A DNA stretch of 64,000 nucleotides from Acholeplasmataceae bacterium. Lineage in GTDB: Bacteria > Bacillota > Negativicutes > Acidaminococcales > Acidaminococcaceae. Below are positions 1 through 9,069 of this stretch, in pieces. Under the pieces are notes generated by a model. The model had not been told where the DNA came from. It saw only the letters and a program-made list of their open reading frames with translations, and made no database searches. The stretch is from contig JAAYVM010000132.1 of assembly GCA_012517145.1 (NCBI GenBank), positions 9,689-73,688 of the forward strand. The letters run 5' to 3'. A program made the position numbers and the translations under genes. Numbering within the stretch: the first letter of the stretch is position 1; every line of letters starts with the position of its first letter.

Positions 1-309
1 ATGGTTAACCTGATCAACAAGGGTGTTCTCTCCAGCAAGCTGGCCAAAAAAGTTTTCGCTGAAATGCTGAAAACCGGCAAGACTCCGCAAGCATTGGTTA
101 AAGAACTTGGCCTGGAACAAATCAGCGATGAGGGTGCAATTGTCAAAATCGTTGAGGAAACGTTGGCGGAAAATCCGCAGTCTATTGCTGACTATAAGGC
201 TGGCAAGGATCGTGCACTGGGCTTCCTGGTTGGACAAATCATGAAAAAATCACGCGGCAAGGCTAATCCGGAAATGGTTAACAACTTGCTGAAAGAAAGA
301 ATGCAATAA
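1..309 (+). CDS. gatB: Asp/Glu-tRNA amidotransferase subunit B, C-terminal end (5' part lies outside the window)
   Basis: The ORF is open to the window edge. It carries GatB/YqeY-type C-terminal domain motifs ([32 protein letters not shown]). A hairpin terminator follows. Confidence 0.85.
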   Translation: MVNLINKGVLSSKLAKKVFAEMLKTGKTPQALVKELGLEQISDEGAIVKIVEETLAENPQSIADYKAGKDRALGFLVGQIMKKSRGKANPEMVNNLLKERMQ

Positions 310-323
310 GAAATTAAACACTT

Positions 324-358
324 AAGGGCGCATATCTAAAAGATATGCGCCCTTTTTA
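324..358 (+). terminator. Intrinsic terminator after gatB
   Basis: 13-bp stem AAGGGCGCATATC / GATATGCGCCCTT with loop TAAAA, followed by a T-run. Confidence 0.8.
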
Positions 359-370
359 TATGTGCTCTTA

Positions 371-476
371 GGAGGCTGCAACCTCGTCTGCTCCGCTTTC
401 GACACGCGCTTGGCAATTCTTCCTGAAGAATTGGAGCGCGAAGTTTAATAGCTACGCATTCGGGTCAACCGCCTCC
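371..476. repeat. Structured intergenic repeat, copy 1
   Basis: The core TCTGCTCCGCTTTCGACACGCGCTTGGCAATTCTT-CCTG-AAGAATTGGAGCGCGAAGTTTAATAGCTACGC holds an internal hairpin. The copy is bracketed by its own outer inverted repeat GGAGGC...GCCTCC. Confidence 0.75.
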
Positions 477-520
477 TTGACTAGGTTGTTATATGTATTT
501 ATTACTTATAAATATTGTAG

Positions 521-636
521 AAAAGCTCGCCGGCAATCTTTCTGCTCCGCCTTCGACACGCGCTTGGCAATTCTTATTTAAGAACTGGAGCGCTGAGTTA
601 TAATAGCTACGCGGATAAGACAGCTGGCGAGCTTTT
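521..636. repeat. Structured intergenic repeat, copy 2
   Basis: The 72-nt core is about 89 percent identical to copy 1 by eye. It is bracketed by a different outer inverted repeat, AAAAGCTCGCCGG...CTGGCGAGCTTTT. Confidence 0.75.
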
Positions 637-662
637 ATTTGGGGGCTAGCAGTAATTGCAAC

Positions 663-697
663 CAGCAATCTTTCTGCTCCGCCTTCGACATGCGCTT
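663..697. repeat. Structured intergenic repeat, partial copy 3 (5' half only)
   Basis: CAGCAATCTTTCTGCTCCGCCTTCGACATGCGCTT matches the 5' half of copy 2 at about 34 of 36 positions, then diverges into the promoter of the next gene. Confidence 0.7.
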
Positions 698-711
698 AGT
701 TGATGCGTTAC

Positions 712-740
712 TTGCCAAGGGTTCTGTGCTCTAGTATAAT
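712..740 (+). promoter_or_regulatory. Sigma-A type promoter for the 774 ORF
   Basis: TTGCCA, a 17-nt spacer, then TATAAT, about 34 nt upstream of the ATG. RBS GGGAGGTGG at 761-769. Confidence 0.6.
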
Positions 741-773
741 TCTGGGCAAGAGGAGTATCCGGGAGGTGGCAAT

Positions 774-1079
774 ATGAAGAAAGATTTTGTTTTTGAGGGG
801 AGTGGCTTCGGCTATCTTTGGCTTCTGATCTGGACAACGATTTTGACTGTTATTACTTGCGGATTGTTTTTCCCTTGGGCATATTCTGCACAACAACGCT
901 GGATTTGCAGTAATACCTATGTTGAGGGCAGACAATTGGAGTTTACGGGTACGGGTATAGGTTTTTTCTTCCAGTGGCTGATTATCCTTATTCTTGTTAC
1001 CATAACTTTCGGCCTTTATACACCTTGGGGCTATTGCCAGTTTAAACGTTGGGAAACAGAAAATACTAAATTTGCTTAA
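774..1079 (+). CDS. Small two-TM membrane protein, DUF898 (YjgN)-like repeat unit
   Basis: It has a good RBS. The pattern hydrophobic helix, then G(L)(F/Y)xPW, then basic residues occurs twice (CGLFFPWAYSAQQRW and FGLYTPWGYCQFKRW), as in DUF898. Confidence 0.55.
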   Translation: MKKDFVFEGSGFGYLWLLIWTTILTVITCGLFFPWAYSAQQRWICSNTYVEGRQLEFTGTGIGFFFQWLIILILVTITFGLYTPWGYCQFKRWETENTKFA

Positions 1080-1107
1080 TATCACAGTTTTTTATTTTTA
1101 TAAGGTC

Positions 1108-1138
1108 AGAAAGAACAGACTTCGGTCTGTTCTTTTTT
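1108..1138 (+). terminator. Intrinsic terminator
   Basis: AAGAACAGAC-TTCG-GTCTGTTCTT followed by TTTT. Confidence 0.8.
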
Positions 1139-1298
1139 GTTGGTATAGCAGCCAATTAAGTTCAGCAATTTGATGTATTTGTTTTTTGAAATTGTGACAA
1201 AAAAACTTTTTTTCGCCATAATTTCGACATAAATAACCGTTAATATAAAGACATGAAAAAGCTGACCGATGAGTCGGCGAACGAAACGAGGTATTTAT

Positions 1299-1691
1299 AT
1301 GGTTAATAAAAAAGTACAAAAAATCATTGCTTCTTTCATGGTAATAGGCTCACTGGCAGGAACGATTGCAACTTCTACAACGGAAGCAGCTTCAAGAGAT
1401 TATGAACACAAACACAATCAAAAAATTGAATACAGAAACGATGACCATAAAGATTGGCACAAAAAAGTTGACTTGAAGGCACAAAAAAAATATATGAAAA
1501 AAGTCCGTCAGATCATGAATGAGAGAAACATTCATGTGCCGCCTGGTCATTGGGCTTATGGCAAGAGAGTGCCTCAAAAGGTTATGATTCAATATAGAAA
1601 TTCGCATGACCATCATTATGATAATGACAACGATTTGCTGCTTGGCTTGATTTTGGGAGCTGTTCTTGCAGAAGCAGTGGACAACGACTAA
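1299..1691 (+). CDS. Secreted His/Asp/Lys-rich small protein, function unknown
   Basis: ATG at 1299 follows RBS ACGAGG. It has an N-terminal signal-like helix (IIASFMVIGSLAGTIATSTTEAA), many H, D and K residues, and a hydrophobic C-terminal tail. The ORF-track start at 1269 is less likely. Confidence 0.55.
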   Translation: MVNKKVQKIIASFMVIGSLAGTIATSTTEAASRDYEHKHNQKIEYRNDDHKDWHKKVDLKAQKKYMKKVRQIMNERNIHVPPGHWAYGKRVPQKVMIQYRNSHDHHYDNDNDLLLGLILGAVLAEAVDND

Positions 1692-1703
1692 AAAATAATA
1701 TGA

Positions 1704-1735
1704 AAGAAGGACGTCTTTAGAGACGTCCTTCTTTT
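1704..1735 (+). terminator. Intrinsic terminator
   Basis: AAGAAGGACGTCT-TTAG-AGACGTCCTTCTT followed by TT. Confidence 0.75.
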
Positions 1736-1807
1736 GCTTATTGCAGGAGTTAAAGGTAGATGGGCGAATATTTACAAAATGAGAATATTTAAATGGAGGT
1801 TATATTT

Positions 1808-2290
1808 ATGGACGAAGAGTTGAAAATAACTGTGATAGATGATAAGGCAAGAGAGGATGAAGCGGAGGTGCTCTGCAAATGGGCAGCAGCACGTGCTGGT
1901 GTTATTGTTGTTGCACCTTTACTGGGAACGATGGCGCTCATCGCCAATCAGATTTATATGATAATCAAATTGGGCAAAGTATATGAGGAAGAGATATCAG
2001 AATCAATGGCCGTGAGCATCTTGGGGTCATTGGGAACTGTTTTCATCGGACAGACAGTTGCTACGTTGATTCCCTTTGCACCACTTCAGATTCCGCTAGC
2101 TGTCGGTACTACTTACGGTTTGGGCAAGGTTGTGGCTGAATGGTTGAAAACCGGCAAACCTCAGGATCTTAGCGCTTTTAAAACTGTTTATGATAATGCT
2201 GTTTTGGAAGCAAAGAAGAATATTGATATTTTTAAAAATAATCCGGACAAAGACAAACCATTGGGTGATGAAACGAAAAAATTTAAGTGA
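1808..2290 (+). CDS. Hypothetical membrane-associated protein, possibly DUF697-like
   Basis: ATG at 1808 lies 8 nt after GGAGG. It has two hydrophobic segments and resembles DUF697 (AAARAGVIVVAPLLGTMALIANQIYMIIKLGKVY). The family assignment is tentative. Confidence 0.4.
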   Translation: MDEELKITVIDDKAREDEAEVLCKWAAARAGVIVVAPLLGTMALIANQIYMIIKLGKVYEEEISESMAVSILGSLGTVFIGQTVATLIPFAPLQIPLAVGTTYGLGKVVAEWLKTGKPQDLSAFKTVYDNAVLEAKKNIDIFKNNPDKDKPLGDETKKFK

Positions 2291-2353
2291 TTGAGTATTT
2301 GACGACTTTTGAAGTATAATATAGGTTGTGATTTTTCGTTTAGGAGGCATAAC

Positions 2354-3748
2354 ATGAACAATATGTTTGATGTAGCGATTATTGGTGGCGGCCCGGCCGC
2401 AATATTTGCAGCTTATGAATTCACTTTGAAATATCCTGAACTCAAGGTGGCAATAATTGAAGAGGGACACGCTATCGATAAACGCAGATGCCCTCTCGCC
2501 GATAAAAAGGTTAACCATTGCTTGCGCTGTGTTCCGTGTGATATTATGCGTGGTTTTGGCGGCGCCGGAGCTTTTTCTGACGGCAAATTCAATTTCACCA
2601 CTGAGTTTGGTGGTTGGCTCAATGAATATATACCGGAAAATGATGTTATTGATTTAATAGATTACGTAGACAGACTGAATTGTTTACACGGGGCACCCGG
2701 CGAATATTTCAGTACGAAAAACTGTCATATAGCAAAAGATGCACTTGGGCATGATTTGCATTTGCTAAATGCCAAAGTTCGCCATTTAGGGACAGAAAAC
2801 AATTTAATAATCATGGAAAACATTTATAAGCACTTGGTCACTAAAGTTGATATCCGTTGCAATACTCATGTGGAGAAAATTTGCCATGAGGCTGATGGTA
2901 CCTTTTCGCTGGCAATCAAGGGCCAAAGCGAACGTATAAATTGTAACTATCTGATTGCAGCGCCTGGACGTGCGGGTGCAGAGTGGTTTACCGAACAATG
3001 CAAAGACCTGGGATTATCCTTCATAAATAACCAGGTTGATGTTGGTGTACGCGTTGAAGTACCGGCGCAAGTATTTAAACATATCACCGATGAGGTGTAT
3101 GAGGCAAAACTGGTGTATAGAACAAAGCAGTACGGCGACCTCGTTCGCACGTTCTGCATGAACCCTAACGGCTATGTTGTCGCTGAGAACACTGACGGTA
3201 TCGTTACTGTCAATGGACATAGCTTCCGAGACCCTGCTTTGCACAGCAAGAATACAAACTTTGCTTTGCTCGTCAGCAACAAGTTTACAGAGCCTTTCCA
3301 GGAACCGCTTAAATATGGTAAAAGGATAGCCTCCTTCTCTAACATGCTGGGCGGTGGCGTCCTTGTGCAGAGGTTTGGCGATTTAATTAAGGGGCGCAGA
3401 ACTGATGAAAAACGCCTGGAAAAGAGCTTTACTAAACCAACATTGGAGGCAACCCCTGGTGATTTGAGTCTGGTATTGCCTAAACGTCATCTGGATAATA
3501 TTATTGAAATGATTTATGCCTTGAATAAAGTTGCTCCCGGTATGACTAATGATGATACTCTTCTTTATGGTGTCGAAGTCAAATTCTACAGTGCTCGCCT
3601 TGAAATAGACGGCAACCTGGAAACCAAGATCCCTAATCTGTTTGCAATAGGTGATGGCGCCGGTATTACCAGAGGCTTGTCACAGGCCAGTGCAAGCGGC
3701 GTCTATGCAGCAAGAAAGATTGGCGAACGAGCAGCAGATAAAAAATAA
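2354..3748 (+). CDS. FAD-dependent protein (COG2509-type uncharacterised dehydrogenase)
   Basis: N-terminal dinucleotide fold DVAIIGGGPAAIFAA and C-terminal GDGAGITRG motif. ATG at 2354 lies 6 nt after AGGAGG. Confidence 0.75.
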   Translation: MNNMFDVAIIGGGPAAIFAAYEFTLKYPELKVAIIEEGHAIDKRRCPLADKKVNHCLRCVPCDIMRGFGGAGAFSDGKFNFTTEFGGWLNEYIPENDVIDLIDYVDRLNCLHGAPGEYFSTKNCHIAKDALGHDLHLLNAKVRHLGTENNLIIMENIYKHLVTKVDIRCNTHVEKICHEADGTFSLAIKGQSERINCNYLIAAPGRAGAEWFTEQCKDLGLSFINNQVDVGVRVEVPAQVFKHITDEVYEAKLVYRTKQYGDLVRTFCMNPNGYVVAENTDGIVTVNGHSFRDPALHSKNTNFALLVSNKFTEPFQEPLKYGKRIASFSNMLGGGVLVQRFGDLIKGRRTDEKRLEKSFTKPTLEATPGDLSLVLPKRHLDNIIEMIYALNKVAPGMTNDDTLLYGVEVKFYSARLEIDGNLETKIPNLFAIGDGAGITRGLSQASASGVYAARKIGERAADKK

Positions 3749-3812
3749 AAGGGTTGGATGTTGGCGTTTGCTGACTACTTCTGATCGTGTTTTTAGATAA
3801 TGGAGGATTGTA

Positions 3813-5342
3813 ATGGAAGTAACACCACTTATTAGAATGCGCAATATTGTCAAAAAGTTTCCGGGCGTTGTCGCTAATGACCAGGTGAATCTTGACCTCT
3901 ACGCTGGTCAGATTCATGCTCTTCTTGGTGAGAATGGTTCGGGGAAAAGCACCTTGATGAGTATTCTCTCCGGTCTTTATCGACCGACGGAGGGTACAAT
4001 TGAAATTCAAGGTGAGGAAAAAAGAATAAATTCGCCAAGTGATGCACTGGCCAATGGTATTGGCATGGTTCATCAGCATTTCAAGCTTATTGAATCTTTT
4101 ACGGTTGCCGAAAATATCGCTTTGAGCCAGACTTCTGGTTCTGTTTTGATATCGGAGGAAGAAATTGTTGAAGAAATAACAAGACTAGGTGAAAAGTATG
4201 GGTTATTGGTTGACCCAAGAGCTTATGTCTGGCAGCTTTCTGTAGGTGAAAAGCAGAGAGTCGAAATTTTGCGCATGCTCTATAATGATTCAAAGGTGCT
4301 GATTCTTGACGAACCTACAGCAGTATTGACACCGCAGGAAACAAGGGAGCTTTTCAGCAATCTGCGTAATATGGCTGATAATGGCTGCGCGGTTGTTTTT
4401 ATTTCACATAAATTGAATGAAGTAGAAGAACTGGCTGATCAGATAACGGTATTGCGTAACGGTCGTGTTACCGGTTCAATCGGACGTTCGGAAATTAATC
4501 AGACGAGACTTATTGAGATGATGATCGGCAGAGATATCATAACTGCCTACGAAAAATCTGAACCCAGCGATAAGGAACCAGTGCTGGTAATTGATAATAT
4601 TTCGGCACTGAATGACATGAACACCTTAGGGCTTGATGGTATTACCTTCAAAGTCCGAGCTGGTGAAATTTATGGAATAGCAGGTGTCTCCGGTAATGGC
4701 CAAAGAGAATTGGCTGAAGTTCTTGCAGGTCTACGTCATACACTTTCCGGCAGCGTTAAATTTTATGGTGAAGAAGTTGTCGGTCTTTCTCCTAAAGAAA
4801 TAATTGGCAGAGGCATAAGTTATGTTCCTGAAGACCGCTTGGGCATGGGGCTTGTGCCAAAACTGAATTCTTGTGATAATGTTATTCTCAAGGAGTACAA
4901 CAGCGAGAAGTTTTCCAAAGGACATTTCTTAAAGAGAGATGCCGCTATTGCAGAAACGCAGCGTATTGTGCGTGAATTTGATGTTAAGATGGGTTCCATT
5001 TTCCAACCGGTGAAGATGATGAGCGGTGGTAATCTGCAAAAACTGCTTTTGGGACGCGAAATTGCCAGCAAACCAAAACTTATGATAGTACTATACCCTG
5101 TGCGTGGTTTGGACATTGGTGCTATTGAATCTGTGCATAAATTGTTATTGCAGATGAAAGAAAATAATACGGCAATCATTCTTGTTTCAGAAGAATTGGA
5201 AGAGATTGCTAAGTTGGCTGACCGCGTAGGAGTAATCTTTAGCGGTAAGATTTTGGGAGAATTTCCTGTGAAAGAAATGGATACAGAAAAGATTGGTGCC
5301 TTGATGGCCGGCATAGTTGGAAATGGGGGTGCCAAAGCATGA
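3813..5342 (+). CDS. ABC transporter ATP-binding protein with duplicated ATPase domains (CUT2/BMP nucleoside-sugar type)
   Basis: Walker A GENGSGKST, signature LSVGEKQRV and a second NBD with GVSGNGQRE and MSGGNLQKL. The stop overlaps the next start (ATGA). Confidence 0.85.
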   Translation: MEVTPLIRMRNIVKKFPGVVANDQVNLDLYAGQIHALLGENGSGKSTLMSILSGLYRPTEGTIEIQGEEKRINSPSDALANGIGMVHQHFKLIESFTVAENIALSQTSGSVLISEEEIVEEITRLGEKYGLLVDPRAYVWQLSVGEKQRVEILRMLYNDSKVLILDEPTAVLTPQETRELFSNLRNMADNGCAVVFISHKLNEVEELADQITVLRNGRVTGSIGRSEINQTRLIEMMIGRDIITAYEKSEPSDKEPVLVIDNISALNDMNTLGLDGITFKVRAGEIYGIAGVSGNGQRELAEVLAGLRHTLSGSVKFYGEEVVGLSPKEIIGRGISYVPEDRLGMGLVPKLNSCDNVILKEYNSEKFSKGHFLKRDAAIAETQRIVREFDVKMGSIFQPVKMMSGGNLQKLLLGREIASKPKLMIVLYPVRGLDIGAIESVHKLLLQMKENNTAIILVSEELEEIAKLADRVGVIFSGKILGEFPVKEMDTEKIGALMAGIVGNGGAKA

Positions 5343-6412
5343 AGATAAGACTGGAAAAAAGCTTGGCACAAAACAAAACTTCCCAGATAGTAGTTCCTGT
5401 GGTTGCAGTTTTCCTGGCGCTGCTATTTTGCGGTGTATTTCTTGCCGTTACAGGCAGAGATCCTTTCGAAGTTTATCAGGCGATGTTCGCAGGAGCACTT
5501 GGCTCTGAATACGGCATTTCCGAAACAATTGTAAAAATGATTCCGTTGGCGCTTTGTGGTTTAGGTATCGCTGTCGCTTTCAGAATGCAAATCTGGAATA
5601 TCGGTGCCGAAGGACAGTTCTATATGGGAGCCTGCTGGGCTACATGGGTGCCTTTGACTTTCCCGAATTTGCCTTTTCTTGTAATGCTGCCTTTTATGAT
5701 CTTCATGGCTGCACTCGGTGGCGGTTTATGGGGACTTCTGGCTGGTTGGTTTAAGACTAAATGGCAGGTCAGTGAAACAATCACTACACTAATGATGAAT
5801 TATATAGCTATTTTATGGGTAAGTTATCTTGTTTATGGCTCCTGGCGCGATCCTAAAGGCCTGAACTTCCCGCTCACCGCTCCGTTCCCTGATGCTGCCC
5901 TGATACCGACTTTTGGCGCTTTGCGCGTGCATTATGGCATTTTTGCTGTTTTGCTTTTAGCAGTTATTTTTTGGCTATTCTTTAAGGGTTCCAAGTGGGG
6001 TTATGAGACTTTAGTCATTGGCTCTAATCCTGTGGCAGCTCGTTATGCTGGTATAGACATCAGAAAGAATGTCTTGCTTGTTATGTTTATTTCCGGGGCA
6101 ATAAGCGGTTTTGCAGGAATGGTGGAAGTCAGCGGTATTGTTGGCAGGCTGCAGCCGGGAATAAGTCCAGGCTATGGTTATACGGCAATCAGCGTAGCAT
6201 GGCTCGCCAGACTGCATCCAATCGCTATAGTTATTGTTGCCTTCTTGTTTGCGATAATTCATGTTGGTGGATTCATGATACAAACAATGGGTATTCCTTC
6301 TGCAGCAGCTACAATGCTGCAGGGAGCGATACTGTTCTTCGTGGTTGGTTCAGAAATTTTGACTCAGTATGAAATAAAGTTTTCAAATAAGGAGGAAGTG
6401 CAAGATGAGTGA
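5339..6412 (+). CDS. ABC transporter permease (BMP/CUT2 family)
   Basis: Multi-TM protein, translationally coupled to the ATPase gene, typical of the COG4603-like permease family. Confidence 0.8.
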   Translation: MKIRLEKSLAQNKTSQIVVPVVAVFLALLFCGVFLAVTGRDPFEVYQAMFAGALGSEYGISETIVKMIPLALCGLGIAVAFRMQIWNIGAEGQFYMGACWATWVPLTFPNLPFLVMLPFMIFMAALGGGLWGLLAGWFKTKWQVSETITTLMMNYIAILWVSYLVYGSWRDPKGLNFPLTAPFPDAALIPTFGALRVHYGIFAVLLLAVIFWLFFKGSKWGYETLVIGSNPVAARYAGIDIRKNVLLVMFISGAISGFAGMVEVSGIVGRLQPGISPGYGYTAISVAWLARLHPIAIVIVAFLFAIIHVGGFMIQTMGIPSAAATMLQGAILFFVVGSEILTQYEIKFSNKEEVQDE

Positions 6413-7334
6413 GACATTGATTATTTCTATCTTGGCCGCCTCCATTACAGCAGGTACACCGATTTTATTTGCTGCCTTGGGAGAATTGATTGCTGAACGC
6501 TCCGGCATTATGAACCTTGGCGTAGATGGTATGATGCTCGTAGGAGCGGTTACAGGTTTTATGATTACGGTAAATACCGGCAATCCTTGGTTGGGCGTTG
6601 GCATTGCTCTCGTGGCAGGAGGACTGCTCGCACTTATTCATGCTTATCTCACTGTTACCTTAAGAGCTAACCAGGTTGTAAGTGGATTGGCACTTACCTT
6701 ATTTGGCTCAGGTCTCAGTGATTATTTGGGCAAGGCGTATGTCGGCATGCGCGCAGAACATACTTTTGGTAAGTTGGCGATACCTGGTTTGAGTGATATT
6801 CCCATTATTGGGCCAGTTGTTTTTAAACAGGATGTTCTTGTTTATATAAGTTATGTGCTCGTTGCGGCAACGGCGTTTTATCTTTATAAAACGAGAGCAG
6901 GTTTATTCCTGCGTGCTTTGGGTGAGAATCCGGCGGCCGTTGACTCAGTCGGTGTCAATGTATTTCGTTTGCGGTACCTTTACGTCATGATTGGCGGGGC
7001 ATTAGCTGGCCTTGGCGGTGCCTATCTTTCCCTGGCGTATGCGCCCTGCTGGCTTGAAAATATGACTGCGGGCAGAGGCTGGATTGCCGTAGCATTGGTA
7101 ATCTTCGCCATCTGGGATCCTTGGAGAGCTTTAGCGGGCTCTTATCTTTTCGGCGGCGTTGATGCGCTTGGCTTTCATTTGCAGGTTATTGGCCTGCCGG
7201 TTTCAATTTTTATTTTAAATATGCTGCCTTATATTTTTACAATTCTTGTCCTCATACTAGTTTTGATCCGCAAAGGAGGCCGACTTGCTTCGCCGCAAGC
7301 TTTGGGAGTGCCATATGACCGTGAAGAGAGATAA
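6405..7334 (+). CDS. ABC transporter permease (BMP/CUT2 family, second subunit)
   Basis: Multi-TM protein that overlaps the previous permease by 8 nt, COG1079-like. Confidence 0.8.
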   Translation: MSETLIISILAASITAGTPILFAALGELIAERSGIMNLGVDGMMLVGAVTGFMITVNTGNPWLGVGIALVAGGLLALIHAYLTVTLRANQVVSGLALTLFGSGLSDYLGKAYVGMRAEHTFGKLAIPGLSDIPIIGPVVFKQDVLVYISYVLVAATAFYLYKTRAGLFLRALGENPAAVDSVGVNVFRLRYLYVMIGGALAGLGGAYLSLAYAPCWLENMTAGRGWIAVALVIFAIWDPWRALAGSYLFGGVDALGFHLQVIGLPVSIFILNMLPYIFTILVLILVLIRKGGRLASPQALGVPYDREER

Positions 7335-7445
7335 GTTTATTGAAAAAACTGATAATCTTGCAGGAATAATCAAATAAATCAAGAATAATTATAGCAAAGG
7401 CAGGATAAATTGCCCTGGAGGTTTAATTAGCGGAGGTGGCAGTAT

Positions 7446-7883
7446 ATGTTCAAAAAAATACTAGTCCCTGTTGATGGCTCTGAAACGTCCTGGAGAGCAT
7501 TAGAGCAGGCAATCGCTTTAGGAAATAAGTTTGGCGGCGAACTTATTGTTGTTAATGTTATCCAACCTTACAATAATGCTGCGTTATTAGCAGTGCCGCT
7601 TGACGACGCAACAATTAATCAAAGCAATAGTGAATTGGAAAAAATAGGCGATCAAGTTTTGAACATGGCGAAGGAGAAACTTGCGAAATATACACAAAAA
7701 GTTTCGTATACTCTGGAAGTAGGGCATCCTTCCGAACGGATTGTATCCCTTGCCAGGAAGAGTGAATGTGATTCCATAGTTATTGGCAGCCGCGGGTTAA
7801 GCAGCATAGCAGAGTTCTTTTTAGGTAGTGTAAGTTCTAAGGTATCTCAGTATGCTACAGTGCCTGTTTTAATAGTTAAGTAG
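7446..7883 (+). CDS. Universal stress protein (type A copy 1)
   Basis: USP signature ILVPVDGSE...VIGSRGLSSIAEFFLGSVSSKV...PVLIVK. Confidence 0.9.
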   Translation: MFKKILVPVDGSETSWRALEQAIALGNKFGGELIVVNVIQPYNNAALLAVPLDDATINQSNSELEKIGDQVLNMAKEKLAKYTQKVSYTLEVGHPSERIVSLARKSECDSIVIGSRGLSSIAEFFLGSVSSKVSQYATVPVLIVK

Positions 7884-7957
7884 TGGCAGGTATTAAGCTT
7901 TGTAGTCTTTTATGAAGTTTCATAAAAAAATATAGGTGTCAACAGGAGGCGGTTTTT

Positions 7958-8422
7958 ATGTTAAACAAAATTCTAGTACCAGTTGATGGATCCGAAAATT
8001 CTTTTAGAGCGCTGGAGTACGCAATGACTTTAGGCAGGATTTTTGAATCACAGATATTCGTATCACATGTATCTGTACCGTATGACATTTCGAAGCTATT
8101 TGAACCGCGTATGCTCAAAGCTGGACAAAGTGAAGCTGACAGCGCAAAAGACAAAGAATTGGAAGCAAGGACAAAAGCCTTTGCCGGTGCTTTGGCTACA
8201 GCAAAAAGAAAAACAGAAGAGGCTGGTTATACCAATGTTGTTTTCAGAGAAGTAGTTGATATTGATCCAGCTGAGAGAATTGCTGAGCAGGCTGACCATC
8301 TTGGCGTTGATATGGTTATAATGGGCAACAGAGGATTAGGAACTTTTGCATCTTTGCTTATTGGCGGCGTTAGCAGCAAGCTGCTTGGTTTGGCTAACTG
8401 CCCTGTTTTAGTTGTGAAATAA
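7958..8422 (+). CDS. Universal stress protein (type B copy 1)
   Basis: ILVPVDGSENS...MGNRGLGTFASLLIGGVSSKL...PVLVVK with a charged insertion in the middle. Confidence 0.9.
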   Translation: MLNKILVPVDGSENSFRALEYAMTLGRIFESQIFVSHVSVPYDISKLFEPRMLKAGQSEADSAKDKELEARTKAFAGALATAKRKTEEAGYTNVVFREVVDIDPAERIAEQADHLGVDMVIMGNRGLGTFASLLIGGVSSKLLGLANCPVLVVK

Positions 8423-8561
8423 TGGCTGTATTGATATGTCTTAGATATTAATCATATTAATGTGATTAATAACCCTGGATGCAACCAAAGACTAAGCACG
8501 AATATTATCTGACGGAGAGTTTGGATTTATTTTGCAGAGATGCGGACGAGGGGTGTAGACA

Positions 8562-8999
8562 ATGTTTAAAAAAATTTTGGTTCCTATTGATGGATCCGAA
8601 ACTGCGTGGCACGCTTTAAATCAGGCGATTGTTTTAGGTGAAAAATTTAATAGTGAGCTTGTAGTTGTTAATGTTATCCAGCCATATAATAATGCGGCTT
8701 TGCTGGCTGTGCCCTTTGACTATGCGACAATCAACCAGGGAAACAGCGAGCTGGAAAAGATTGGTGATCAGGTATTAAGTATGGCAAAGGAGAAACTTGC
8801 CGGCTACAAAAAGGGTGTAGAGTATATTCTTGAAGTAGGACATCCTTCGGAGAGGGTTCTTTCCGTTGCTAAAAAACATGGATGCGATTCCATAGTTATT
8901 GGCAGCAGGGGACTGAGCGGAATTGCGGAATTTTTATTAGGCAGCGTCAGCTCTAAAGTTTCCCAGTATTCTACAATACCTGTTTTAATTGTAAAATAG
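8562..8999 (+). CDS. Universal stress protein (type A copy 2)
   Basis: Roughly 80 percent identical by eye to the 7446-7883 product. Confidence 0.9.
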   Translation: MFKKILVPIDGSETAWHALNQAIVLGEKFNSELVVVNVIQPYNNAALLAVPFDYATINQGNSELEKIGDQVLSMAKEKLAGYKKGVEYILEVGHPSERVLSVAKKHGCDSIVIGSRGLSGIAEFLLGSVSSKVSQYSTIPVLIVK

Positions 9000-9069
9000 G
9001 TTCTCTGCGATTTCCGCATCTTTTGTATTTCATGGAGAAGGTATGACATTAGTAAAGGAGACTTTCTCA

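Noticed and set aside
371-720. Possible CRISPR array, given repeated sequence with intervening unique DNA
   Set aside because: The repeat units are about 72-105 nt with periods of 154 and 132 nt. They are imperfect, only 2.5 copies exist, and no cas genes are present. This is not CRISPR geometry.
5317-5508. Several 60-70 aa ORFs overlapping ABC, pur and USP genes in alternative frames (for example 5317-5508, 8043-8255, 33400-33591)
   Set aside because: They lie inside well-supported genes, lack an RBS, and their compositions are typical of off-frame translation.
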